A stretch of DNA of 64,000 bases, taken from assembly GCA_024399535.1 (NCBI GenBank), contig JAKSNU010000001.1:5628-69627 (forward strand), written 5' to 3'. How positions within the stretch are numbered: position 1 is the first letter of the stretch; every line of letters begins with the position of its first letter. Both the position numbers and the translations under genes were made by a program. A model generated the notes under the pieces. It was given only the letters and a program-made list of their open reading frames with translations, ran no database searches and was not told the DNA's origin. Positions 48,871-57,899 of this stretch are shown here, one piece after another. The DNA is from Paludibacteraceae bacterium. Its GTDB lineage: Bacteria > Bacteroidota > Bacteroidia > Bacteroidales > Paludibacteraceae.

Positions 48871-49779
48871 ATGCTGATCGAGGAATACAAGGGATATCTG
48901 ACACTTGAGCAGGGATTGTCCGGCAATTCGAGAGAAGCCTACGAACACGATGTGTCCATGCTGCTTGACTATTTAGATTCCATCGGAATGGATTGCAGGT
49001 CTGTTGACCTGGCTACGCTATCCGATTTCGTGATGGAATTGGGCAAAATGGGACTTTTGGCACGTTCGCAAGCGAGGATTGTATCAGGAGTCAGGTCGTT
49101 CTACCGTTTCTTGCTCTACAGCAATAAGATGGAATACGACCCAGCCGAACGGCTGATGGTGCCTAAGGCTGGACGACACCTGCCCGAAGTGCTCACACTG
49201 GACGAGATTGATTCCATGATTGCCGTATTGGAAGAAAACGCCATAGGAAGCATCGACATGATAGTGAAAAGGAACAGAGCCATCATCGAAGTGATGTATG
49301 GGTCTGGATTGAGGGTGTCAGAACTTGTAAATCTTAAATTCAGTGATATACGCCGTGATGAGGAGTTCATGATAATCCGTGGCAAGGGCGACAAGCAACG
49401 AATGGTACCAATATCAGTAATGGCATTGGAAAAGATTGACGAATATGCAAAATTTCGCGGTGAATTCGGCATAAAACGAGGCGAAGAGGATATTGTCTTC
49501 CTCAATCAGCGAGGCGCAAGGCTGACTCGTACTATGATACTCATCATGGTGAAAGACCTTGCAAAACGTGCAGGCATAAAAAAGACCATTTCACCGCATA
49601 CCTTTCGTCATTCCTTTGCGACAGCCATGCTCGAAGGTGGAGCCAATCTGAGGGTCATACAGATGCTTTTGGGACACGAAAACATCGTAACCACCGAAAT
49701 CTACACCCATATTGACAATCAGCGTCTCAGGGAAGAAATCATCAATTTCCATCCAAGGAACCAGAAAAAAATTCAATAA
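48871..49779 (+). CDS. xerD: Tyrosine site-specific recombinase XerD
   Basis: 302 aa with an N-terminal SAM-like domain, catalytic R...HTFRHSFAT...LLGH...TTEIYTH, and XerD-like length. Confidence 0.8.
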   Translation: MLIEEYKGYLTLEQGLSGNSREAYEHDVSMLLDYLDSIGMDCRSVDLATLSDFVMELGKMGLLARSQARIVSGVRSFYRFLLYSNKMEYDPAERLMVPKAGRHLPEVLTLDEIDSMIAVLEENAIGSIDMIVKRNRAIIEVMYGSGLRVSELVNLKFSDIRRDEEFMIIRGKGDKQRMVPISVMALEKIDEYAKFRGEFGIKRGEEDIVFLNQRGARLTRTMILIMVKDLAKRAGIKKTISPHTFRHSFATAMLEGGANLRVIQMLLGHENIVTTEIYTHIDNQRLREEIINFHPRNQKKIQ

Positions 49780-49813
49780 AAACACCCTCCAAGGAAAAAA
49801 TCCCTCAAAACCC

Positions 49814-49844
49814 TTTGTTATTCGGAAAATAAATCGTACCTTTG
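49814..49844 (+). promoter_or_regulatory. Capsule-locus promoter (-33 TTTG 49814-49817, -7 TACCTTTG 49837-49844)
   Basis: 19-nt spacing, ~130-200 nt upstream of the UpxY start. Confidence 0.55.
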
Positions 49845-49870
49845 CACAAAATTAAGGATAAAGAATTATA

Positions 49871-49917
49871 CGGTATCAATTACCCTCCTCCCATTTATAC
49901 CGATGGGGGGGGTAATT
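49871..49917 (+). promoter_or_regulatory. Leader RNA structure with a G8 tract in the 5' UTR of the capsule operon
   Basis: AATTACCCTCCTCCCAT (49878-49894) pairs with ATGGGGGGGGTAATT (49903-49917). CGGTAT (49871-49876) pairs with ATACCG (49897-49902). The two helices interleave, giving a pseudoknot-like or mutually exclusive arrangement. The G8 run is 49905-49912. Confidence 0.5.
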
Positions 49918-49979
49918 TACTATAATTCAACTACTTAACAATTCAGTCTTTTTGAAATTCGCTGGATAGCAATATTGAA

Positions 49980-50573
49980 ATGACCGATTCACTTAGCAGT
50001 TCTCCATACATAAATTCCGCTGTTTCGGCAGAGGGGTGTCCCCCAGATATGTCACTTTCCCAACCAAAATGGTTCGTCATGCGCGTCACCTACAGCCGTG
50101 AACTGAAGGCGAAGCAGCTACTACAAGATGCAGGAGTGGAGTGTTTCGTCCCAATGATGTGGGTCAGAGACGAAAATGGCGAGCACAGCATACCAGCAAT
50201 ACACAATCTGATTTTCGTGCATACATCCCGTGAGTTCATGGACGACTACAAGCACAAGATGGAGAACGAATGCCCTTTGCGATATACGATGGACAAGAGT
50301 ACCAGACTGCCGATGGTAGTGCGGGAAAAGGAGATGGAGGATTTCATGCGTGTGACCTGCAACAAATCGAGCGACATACTTTATCTTGACAACCCAGATG
50401 TTACCGCAACCAAGGGCACACCTGTCGAGGTGATGTTCGGGCAATACAAAGGCATACAGGGCAAACTGCTCCGTGTGCGCAAGGACCGCAAGGTGGTGCT
50501 GCAACTGGCTGGCATGGTGGCTATCGCACTTAGCGGCATTCCGATGGAATGGTGCCGCTTAATTGACTATTGA
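49980..50573 (+). CDS. UpxY-family (NusG-like) transcription antiterminator
   Basis: KWFVMRVTYSRELKAKQLLQDAGVECFVPM is NGN-like, with a C-terminal KOW-like VMFGQYKGIQGKLLRV. The true start may be the ATG at 50049. Confidence 0.8.
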   Translation: MTDSLSSSPYINSAVSAEGCPPDMSLSQPKWFVMRVTYSRELKAKQLLQDAGVECFVPMMWVRDENGEHSIPAIHNLIFVHTSREFMDDYKHKMENECPLRYTMDKSTRLPMVVREKEMEDFMRVTCNKSSDILYLDNPDVTATKGTPVEVMFGQYKGIQGKLLRVRKDRKVVLQLAGMVAIALSGIPMEWCRLIDY

Positions 50574-50594
50574 GGGTTGTAATAAAGTATAAAC

Positions 50595-51203
50595 ATGAAA
50601 GAAGTAAGAAGGAAAACTATATATATTCGTTGTATCAAAAGAATAATTGACGTTATTATAGCCCTTAGTGGGATAATCGTGTTGTTTGTTCCGATGGTGA
50701 TAGTAGCTGTACTTATCACGAAAGACAGTTCTGGTAGCGTCCTTTTCACACAGATCCGTTCCGGAAAAAACCGCAAGCCGTTCAAAATACTGAAGTTCAG
50801 AACGCTACCGCCTGATAGTCCTCATTATATTGCATCTAACAATATGACGGATAAAATAAGACTTACGCCTCTTCAGAAATATCTACGCAAGAGTTCCATT
50901 GATGAATTGCCGCAATTATATAATGTCCTGAAAGGGGATATGAGCATAGTTGGTCCCAGGCCTGTGATTTGTGAAGAGACAGATTTGTTGTGTGAGCGTG
51001 AAAAATATGGAGCTAACGATGTACTTCCCGGACTGACTGGATGGGCACAGATTAATGGACGTGATGAATTGGACATCCACCAGAAAGCGCGGTTAGACGG
51101 TGAATACGTGAGTAAAATAAGTTTTGCGTTTGATTTGAAATGCTTTATGCTTTCAATCAACTACGTACTGACGCACAACGGATTCAAGGACAAATTCGAC
51201 TAA
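50595..51203 (+). CDS. Initiating undecaprenyl-phosphate sugar-phosphate transferase (bacterial sugar transferase family)
   Basis: 202 aa with one TM, KFRTL and DELPQLYNVLKGDMSIVGPRP. Confidence 0.85.
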   Translation: MKEVRRKTIYIRCIKRIIDVIIALSGIIVLFVPMVIVAVLITKDSSGSVLFTQIRSGKNRKPFKILKFRTLPPDSPHYIASNNMTDKIRLTPLQKYLRKSSIDELPQLYNVLKGDMSIVGPRPVICEETDLLCEREKYGANDVLPGLTGWAQINGRDELDIHQKARLDGEYVSKISFAFDLKCFMLSINYVLTHNGFKDKFD

Positions 51204-51227
51204 TTTTAATATTTATATCATACCAAA

Positions 51228-53639
51228 ATGCAGGAAAGTAATTCAAACAATCAATTTTCTTGGAGAGACTTGTTTTTCGAATGTATTGCGCATTGGAAAT
51301 GGTTCTTGATTTCAGTCATACTGTGTTTGGCTGTTTCTGGATATGTAATACTATCTTCCAATGACATTTACGAATCATCTGCGTCCATCTTGATCAAGAC
51401 AGAGGACAAGAATGCCATTTCACGACAGGCACGCGATGCCTTCAACCTTTTGGGGTTGGGAAATGCGGGAAGCAATGTTCATAACGAGTTGTTGACACTT
51501 CAGTCGCCAACCCTTATGGCAGAGGTGATTGAGCAATTGCGTCTGAATGAGACTTTCATGGTCAGGAAAGGGTTGAAGACAGTTGAATTGTACAAGCAGG
51601 AGCCTGTTGTCATAGTCTTTGAGAATCCATCCGAACTGCAAAAAGTCCTGAAAATGGACATTACCGTCAAGAGTCATTCTGAGTTTGAACTGAAGAATTT
51701 CAAAGCCGGGAAAATTAAATCGCGCAAGAAGATCGTTGTAAAAGCAGGCAGTCCGGTCGAAACGCCCGTAGGAAGGTTGATTATCTCTCCTTCACAGAAT
51801 TATTCGGATGAGATGGTGGGCAAGAAGATTCAGTACATGCGCACGGATCCGTTACTGATTGCGGACAGTTATGTAAAAAGACTCAACCTCAACATGCCCG
51901 ACCGTGAGGCTACTGTCATAAATATCAGTTATACTGACCCCTCTGTGGTCAAATCGTTGGATTTGATAACTACCCTTATAGATACATACAGGAAAAACTG
52001 GCTCATCAACCAAAATTCTAAAATACGCAGCATTTCGGAGCTTGTCAATGACAGGATAGAGATAACCGTGCAGGAACTTAACGAATCAGAAGTGGCGATA
52101 TCCTCATATATGTCAAAGACTCTCGTCAGCGACTTCAATCAGGCATCCAGTGCTTATTTTAGCCAAAATCTGGAGTTGGACAAGGAGATTATGACATACC
52201 GCACTCAGGTGAATATAGCGAAGTCAATGCTCAATTCATTGTCTGACTCTGAATATCTTACTCTCCCTGCCAATTCCGGTCTGACAGATAATTCCATAGT
52301 TCCACAGATTCAGGAGTACAACCGCTTGATTCTGGAATACAACAAACTCGTTGCGAACAGCGGTTCGACTAATTCAGTCGTAAACGATATGACAAAATCC
52401 TTGCAGGCTATTCGCAAGGGTGTCGTGCAGTCGTTGAAGAGTCTGATTACAAATACTGAAATCATAATCAGTTCGTTGGAGAAGCAGATGAGTGCCAGCC
52501 AAAAGCAATTGGCAAACACGCCACAGGAGGCTCATCGTCTTGCCAACGTCCAGCGCGAACAGAAGATTAAGGAAGAACTTTATCTCTTCTTGTTGGAAAA
52601 GAAGGAAGAGAACGATTTGTCTCAGTCGTTCGAAACTGATAATTCTCAGATAATCGTTGCGCCTCATTCCACTTTCCTTCCGGTGGCACCGAACAAAGAA
52701 CTAATAATTCTGGCAGCACTGATTGCAGCATTTGTTTTGCCTATTGTCATTATTATGCTGCTTGCACTGTTTGACACCTGTGTCCACACCAAGAGAGACC
52801 TTGAGAAAATGAAGGCATCCTATCTCGGCGAGGTTCCTTTTGCATACAGGGAAAAGAAGAAGGGTTTCCTTTCCTTCCTATCGAAGTTACGTCCATGGAA
52901 AGAAGAGACAGAGTCCTACACCGTATTGGTAAAGAAAAACAGCCGCAACATCATAAATGAGGCGTTCCGCATACTGCGTTCACGACTGGACTTCATGAAC
53001 AAGTCGGGTGAAAGTAAAGTGTTCATGATAACATCCATACAACCTGGGTCAGGCAAGACTTTCACATCCATGAATCTTGCTGCATCATACGCTTTGAAAG
53101 GCAGCAAGGTGCTTGTGATTGATATGGATTTGCGCCGTGCATCCGCATCGAAGTATGTGTCAGAATCAAAATATGGAAGCGGGTTGTCCGATTTTCTCAG
53201 CAGCACAGACGACGATTATAAGAAAATCATCATAAGAGATACTATTATCCAAGGACTGGATATCATACCGGTAGGCACCATTCCTCCGAACCCTGCCGAG
53301 TTGATACTCTCCGACAGACTGAAATCAATGGTTGCAGACTTGCGAAAAGAGTACGACTGCATATTCATTGACTGTCCGCCAATAGATCTCGTTGCCGACA
53401 GTGATGTGATAGCTGGATTCGCCGACATGGCAATCTTTGTCATCCGAGCCGGACTGTTTGAGAAAACCTGGCTTCCTGAAGTTGATGAACTCTATACCAA
53501 GAAGATGTTCAAGAATATGGTAGTCCTGCTCAATGGAGTAACTGATTCTGGACACTATGGCTACGGAAGATATGGTCATTATGGCTATTACAGATACGGG
53601 TATTACAGCTATTACCATCATTACTATTCTAAGGATTGA
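51228..53639 (+). CDS. Polysaccharide co-polymerase / tyrosine autokinase (Wzc-like)
   Basis: 803 aa with a Wzz-like N-terminal domain and two TMs, P-loop SIQPGSGKTF, and a Tyr-rich tail GHYGYGRYGHYGYYRYGYYSYYHHYY. Confidence 0.85.
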   Translation: MQESNSNNQFSWRDLFFECIAHWKWFLISVILCLAVSGYVILSSNDIYESSASILIKTEDKNAISRQARDAFNLLGLGNAGSNVHNELLTLQSPTLMAEVIEQLRLNETFMVRKGLKTVELYKQEPVVIVFENPSELQKVLKMDITVKSHSEFELKNFKAGKIKSRKKIVVKAGSPVETPVGRLIISPSQNYSDEMVGKKIQYMRTDPLLIADSYVKRLNLNMPDREATVINISYTDPSVVKSLDLITTLIDTYRKNWLINQNSKIRSISELVNDRIEITVQELNESEVAISSYMSKTLVSDFNQASSAYFSQNLELDKEIMTYRTQVNIAKSMLNSLSDSEYLTLPANSGLTDNSIVPQIQEYNRLILEYNKLVANSGSTNSVVNDMTKSLQAIRKGVVQSLKSLITNTEIIISSLEKQMSASQKQLANTPQEAHRLANVQREQKIKEELYLFLLEKKEENDLSQSFETDNSQIIVAPHSTFLPVAPNKELIILAALIAAFVLPIVIIMLLALFDTCVHTKRDLEKMKASYLGEVPFAYREKKKGFLSFLSKLRPWKEETESYTVLVKKNSRNIINEAFRILRSRLDFMNKSGESKVFMITSIQPGSGKTFTSMNLAASYALKGSKVLVIDMDLRRASASKYVSESKYGSGLSDFLSSTDDDYKKIIIRDTIIQGLDIIPVGTIPPNPAELILSDRLKSMVADLRKEYDCIFIDCPPIDLVADSDVIAGFADMAIFVIRAGLFEKTWLPEVDELYTKKMFKNMVVLLNGVTDSGHYGYGRYGHYGYYRYGYYSYYHHYYSKD

Positions 53640-53703
53640 TGGTTCGGAGATGATTCGGAGATGGTTCGAAGATGGTTCGGAGATGAGATAGAGATGAAAG
53701 AAA
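53638..53703. repeat. 11-bp tandem repeat array (GATGGTTCGGA; 4 good + 2 degenerate units)
   Basis: gatggttcgga gatgattcgga gatggttcgaa gatggttcgga gatgagataga gatgaaagaaa. The array begins at the wzc stop codon and ends 20 nt before the radical SAM start. Confidence 0.85.
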
Positions 53704-53723
53704 TATAAATACATTTAAACAAT

Positions 53724-55088
53724 ATGGAAAAGACATTTGATTTTCATGAGTTGTATTCACATGAGACAGATGTGTACAATTTGAAGGGTTTTAAGCCCCA
53801 AATCGTTGATGCCGAGTATTTGAAGAATCTTGGCGTAAGTGTTGAACCCTCCGAAGCGACCCTGCAAGGGCTTATCCGCGGCTCAAAAATTTTCATGCAA
53901 AGGTTGGAAAACCATACAGTTATTCCAGTTTCAAAACTTTATCTTGAACAGTGTGTCCCAGAGGAAATCCAGACCGAGATACACAACTACACCGGTCGTT
54001 GCCCGACATTGACTTTCGAGGTCAATCCAATCAAGGGCTGCAACGTGGGATGTCAGTACTGCCTTGTCACTGATGGTGTACACGAGCAGAAACTGGTGGC
54101 ATACGAAAACTACCACGAGTATGTGCGTTACCTGCTCAAGGAAATGAATGGGACTCCCACACGCGAAATCACAGAGGACGATATGAAAGAACGTGCACAT
54201 CTGCTCAAAGAGCTGGCGGATGCTATCGAGAGTGCGCCTGAGAAGAAGAAAGAGATTGAAGCCAAGATTGTAGAGCTGAGCCGAGGCAAGAACTGGAACC
54301 ACTACTACTATTTCTCTCCCAAAACCGAGGCATTCCAGGAGCCAACACTTCAGACAGGCATAGCACACCGCATATTGCGTGAGTTCATTGCACATTTCAA
54401 GGAATATCCTGATTCAAACGCACGCCTGTTTATAGCATCCAAGGCGGGCGCAAAGCATTTGCTTGTCAAGGACGAACAGGGAGCAACCATCCTCGACTTG
54501 CTGGAGCAGCTCAAAGACCGCTGCCAGTTCAACACCTCTGTCAGCATCATGCCTACTGAGTTCCGCAATCTGCTTGAACCATACGCTGCCCCTATCGAGG
54601 AGCGTCTGAAAGCAGTCAAGATGTGTCAGGAACGTGGAATTCCAGCTAATTCGGCACTGATTCAACCTATCTTCACACCTTATTTGACAGACGAACACAT
54701 CAAGGAGTTCTTCGACATGTTGCACGATGCCGGCATCATCAACTACAAGCCGGAATTCCTGACAGCCTGTATGGAGAACCTTGCGCAGTTGGGTCAATGG
54801 CTGGGTCATTTCGACAAGAGCATGGAGAAGGCTCTTTACGAGGATTATATCATGCCACAGAATGCCGACCATAAGAAACAGCGTGGACGCACAGCTCCAA
54901 ACAAGGCACTCAGTATTCAGAACATTCAGCGACTGATGAAATACACCGACTCTATCGGCATGAGCATCAGTATTTGCTTCTGGGTACGCAAGATGCTGAA
55001 CATAAGCACGGACATGATTCCTATCATCAACAAGAACGGTTTCCAGTGCTTGGGCTATCAGTCAAAGCTTTTCAAGTGTAAGGAATAA
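53724..55088 (+). CDS. Radical SAM protein, SPL/COG1533-like, with a helical insertion
   Basis: 454 aa. The CxxxCxxC cluster GCNVGCQYC (Cys106/110/113; DNA from 54039) lies in the NP-x-x-GC context typical of the SplB-like clade. A K/E-rich ~60-aa insert follows the cluster. Confidence 0.7.
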   Translation: MEKTFDFHELYSHETDVYNLKGFKPQIVDAEYLKNLGVSVEPSEATLQGLIRGSKIFMQRLENHTVIPVSKLYLEQCVPEEIQTEIHNYTGRCPTLTFEVNPIKGCNVGCQYCLVTDGVHEQKLVAYENYHEYVRYLLKEMNGTPTREITEDDMKERAHLLKELADAIESAPEKKKEIEAKIVELSRGKNWNHYYYFSPKTEAFQEPTLQTGIAHRILREFIAHFKEYPDSNARLFIASKAGAKHLLVKDEQGATILDLLEQLKDRCQFNTSVSIMPTEFRNLLEPYAAPIEERLKAVKMCQERGIPANSALIQPIFTPYLTDEHIKEFFDMLHDAGIINYKPEFLTACMENLAQLGQWLGHFDKSMEKALYEDYIMPQNADHKKQRGRTAPNKALSIQNIQRLMKYTDSIGMSISICFWVRKMLNISTDMIPIINKNGFQCLGYQSKLFKCKE

Positions 55089-55942
55089 TGGAACCTCACA
55101 AACATGCCCTTTGGGTACCGACTCCCAAATTCATTCCTTTCCGGGAAGGAAATATCCTTCCACACGTGAAATGCTCTTTTCACCTGAGTGATCCGGAACT
55201 GAAGATTGCGAGCAGCAATGCCATGTATCCTGTTTCGGCAGGGATATTCCAAAACTTATTCTGCAAAGAAGTGTTTCGGGAGATGCATAGCCTGAACAAG
55301 ATTTTCAATCCGGGAGGGTTTGATGCTTTGAAGAAAGGGAAAATAGACCTGTTCATCACGTATGCCAATGATGAACAGGTTGCAGATATACGACAGACTG
55401 TTCCTTCCTTGAAACAAGTGACACTGCATCTTGAGCCGCTTATATTTATGGTTCACACCTCCAATCCTGTGCAGAACATAACTATGGAGCAGATGCGTGC
55501 CATGTATGAGGGAAAGATTACGAATTGGAAAGAGGTCGGAGGCAAGGATGAACCCGTCTTAACCTTCCAACTGACATCACCAAACAACGTCAGCGGCACG
55601 GCATTCTTAGAGTTTGTCAAAGGAAATACCATGGACGGGAACCACCAATGGAGTGAAACCATGTGGGATGTCGTTGACAGCGTGGCTGACAACATAGGCG
55701 GAATAGGCAATCTTTTCTGGTCATACTATGCCAAGATATATGCCAACAAATACACCCGGATGGTAAGCATAGACGGCAAGTCTTTCAGTAATCCTGCTTA
55801 TCCTTGCCGGTTGCCTATCAGTATGCTGTATGATGGGAACAACAGCAAATCACAATTGCATCAGTTAGTGGAATATCTATCCTCTGAAGAGGGAATCCAA
55901 CTTGTCAGGAAATGCAATGAATGTCAAAGAACAATTGAATAA
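55088..55942 (+). CDS. PstS-like (PBP_like_2) substrate-binding-fold protein with no signal peptide
   Basis: 284 aa. MRAMYEGKITNWKEVGGKDEPVLTF...SGTAFLEFV matches the phosphate-binding-protein family signature region. The N-terminus MEPHKHALWVPTPKF has no hydrophobic leader. Confidence 0.6.
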   Translation: MEPHKHALWVPTPKFIPFREGNILPHVKCSFHLSDPELKIASSNAMYPVSAGIFQNLFCKEVFREMHSLNKIFNPGGFDALKKGKIDLFITYANDEQVADIRQTVPSLKQVTLHLEPLIFMVHTSNPVQNITMEQMRAMYEGKITNWKEVGGKDEPVLTFQLTSPNNVSGTAFLEFVKGNTMDGNHQWSETMWDVVDSVADNIGGIGNLFWSYYAKIYANKYTRMVSIDGKSFSNPAYPCRLPISMLYDGNNSKSQLHQLVEYLSSEEGIQLVRKCNECQRTIE

Positions 55943-57153
55943 TGGAAACTTGCTGGCAAGTCTGTCATACGTTATATGACCATCGGTTAGATTATTTCTA
56001 CCGTTGGTATCATCTCAAGCCGCTGCTTGTCACAGGCGAGCGCAGGGAAGAATTGCGCCGTATGCAACAGCTTCTGTACAAGTGTATAGTCTATATGGCT
56101 GACACGTGGGAGGAGTGGGTTCCGGCCTACATGCCTTTGCCTGAAAAGGTGATTGAGATTCTGCGTTATCAAAGCCGACTGCCATTCCGGGCAGGAGCCT
56201 ATCGTCCTGACTATTTGGTGGATGAGAACGGCAATCTGCTGTTGGTGGAAATAACCTCCCGATTTTTCGGGCACGGGCTATGGCAGAGTTATCCTTCCGA
56301 GGCATGGGCGGAGTCTTTCATGCAGGAGCATACCGATTGCGAATGGGAAAACAGTTATGAGGAACGGTTTCAATATCTGAGGAATCTTGTTCCAGATGGG
56401 CAGAAAGTGGTGGCATTGCGCAGCACAGACCGTACTTCCGAACCCTCTTTTTACCTGCCTTTTTATGAGCATTTCGGACATCAGACTTACGATTTGAAAG
56501 CCGAAGAGGTAGAATCGCAGATAGAGCTTTGGAGCAAAGATGCGTTTGTATTCAGCGGACTAAATCAGCACGATTTGCTATCCTTCCGAATGGAGACCTT
56601 GCAAGCTATGGCGGATGCCCGCATGATGAACGATTTCCGTACTGTCTTTATTATTCATGATAAGCGTTTTATGCGGATGATATTTGAGGATGCGTTCACC
56701 CAGCGGTGTCTGACAGAGGAAGAAACCGTTTTCCTGCGCCAACATACCATCCCGACCTTTTGCTATGAGGATGGCTTTATGGACCGATGGGAATATGCCT
56801 TGTCGCATAAGGACGACTACATTCTCAAACCCTTTGATTTGGGAAAAAGCGAAGGCATCTATGCCGGCGTGATGACTAACGATGAAACATGGGGCTCGCT
56901 GTTCGAGGAAAATCAGTTGCAGCATTACATCCTTCAGCCCTTCATCCGTCAGCGCACCTATCCCACCGTTTGGGAAGGGACAGCGTATGATGACTATATT
57001 TGCGGAATGATGCTTTGTATAGATGACCGGTATTTTGATAGCGGTTTTGTCCGTACGGCAAGTGTGCCTGTGTCCAACAAAGTTGATTTGCGTGTCAAAC
57101 CGGTTATTCACAGTGATTCGGAAGAATTGAAAGCATATTGCCATATTTTATAG
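55942..57153 (+). CDS. ATP-grasp-type ligase resembling eukaryotic-type glutathione synthetase
   Basis: 403 aa. YRPDYLVDENGNLLLVEITSRFFGHGL and YILKPFDLGKSEGIYAG recall the RSDYM...VEFNTISSSFGG and LKPQREGGGNN blocks of eu-GS. The assignment is from memory. Confidence 0.5.
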   Translation: METCWQVCHTLYDHRLDYFYRWYHLKPLLVTGERREELRRMQQLLYKCIVYMADTWEEWVPAYMPLPEKVIEILRYQSRLPFRAGAYRPDYLVDENGNLLLVEITSRFFGHGLWQSYPSEAWAESFMQEHTDCEWENSYEERFQYLRNLVPDGQKVVALRSTDRTSEPSFYLPFYEHFGHQTYDLKAEEVESQIELWSKDAFVFSGLNQHDLLSFRMETLQAMADARMMNDFRTVFIIHDKRFMRMIFEDAFTQRCLTEEETVFLRQHTIPTFCYEDGFMDRWEYALSHKDDYILKPFDLGKSEGIYAGVMTNDETWGSLFEENQLQHYILQPFIRQRTYPTVWEGTAYDDYICGMMLCIDDRYFDSGFVRTASVPVSNKVDLRVKPVIHSDSEELKAYCHIL

Positions 57154-57164
57154 ATTCATCAGTT

Positions 57165-57899
57165 ATGACTGTAGGAATGCAACAACCATACCTATTCCCG
57201 TATTTAGGCTATTGGCAGATGGTGAATGCCGTGGATACGTTCATTATAGCAGATGTATCCCACATGATACAATACGGATGGGTTCATCAAAATCGTTTAC
57301 AGCAGCGTTATATAGGACCATTCTTTTTTCGTTTGGATTTGGTGCAAAAACGCAGTACCTATATGCATCCTATATGCGAAGTGGAAATTGACAGAATCAA
57401 AAAAGACAGATGGAATATCCGTATGCAAAGAACATTGGCACTAAATTACAGCAATGCACCCCATTATGACGAGACGATGGCTTTTATAATGCCACTCTTG
57501 GAGAACGATGAAACAAACTTGGCCGACTACCTCGTAAATCAGATTAGGGCAATAGCCGCCTATTTGGACATAACCACGACCATTGTGCGCAGTAAGGATA
57601 TGATGCAAGAGAAGGAATATAATTTACCAATCTTGGAAAAGATTATAATCTGGCGCGACCGTGTCGGATTCGACTCGTGGCTTAGTTTGAGCAACGGTGC
57701 GCACTACTATACCAAGGATCAGATGGCAGAGATGGGCATTGACATTCGTTTCCATCATATTGACCCCACATTGACTTATCCGCAGGTCGGGGTAAAACGC
57801 GGAGAACCGTTTGTTCCTGATTTGTCCATCATCGATGTACTGATGAATTGCGGAAAGGAAGGGACTAAAGAATTACTGAGTAAATATACCGTAATATGA
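57165..57899 (+). CDS. WbqC-family protein
   Basis: MQQPYLFPYLGYWQMVNAVDTFII matches the WbqC N-terminal signature. The ORF track starts at TTG 57138; the ATG at 57165 or 57177 is more plausible. Confidence 0.75.
   Translation: MTVGMQQPYLFPYLGYWQMVNAVDTFIIADVSHMIQYGWVHQNRLQQRYIGPFFFRLDLVQKRSTYMHPICEVEIDRIKKDRWNIRMQRTLALNYSNAPHYDETMAFIMPLLENDETNLADYLVNQIRAIAAYLDITTTIVRSKDMMQEKEYNLPILEKIIIWRDRVGFDSWLSLSNGAHYYTKDQMAEMGIDIRFHHIDPTLTYPQVGVKRGEPFVPDLSIIDVLMNCGKEGTKELLSKYTVI

Noticed and set aside
48871-49980. XerD-like recombinase plus capsule promoter as an invertible-promoter (fin/Mpi-like) switch
   Set aside because: No convincing inverted repeats flank the promoter; only a short ACCCTCC direct similarity is seen. 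The recombinase has standard XerD length and motifs and its own promoter and terminator context.
53638-53703. The 11-bp repeats as a CRISPR array
   Set aside because: The units are contiguous with no spacers and are far too short.
53637-53708. In-frame continuation past the wzc TGA (WFGDDSEMVRRWFGDEIEMKEI*) as a read-through or recoded C-terminal extension, and the mini-ORFs as RiPP precursors for the radical SAM enzyme
   Set aside because: The open frame follows trivially from the 11-bp (33-bp) periodicity. There is no recoding signal, and the peptides lack Cys/Ser/Thr-rich cores. This is noted only within the repeat finding.
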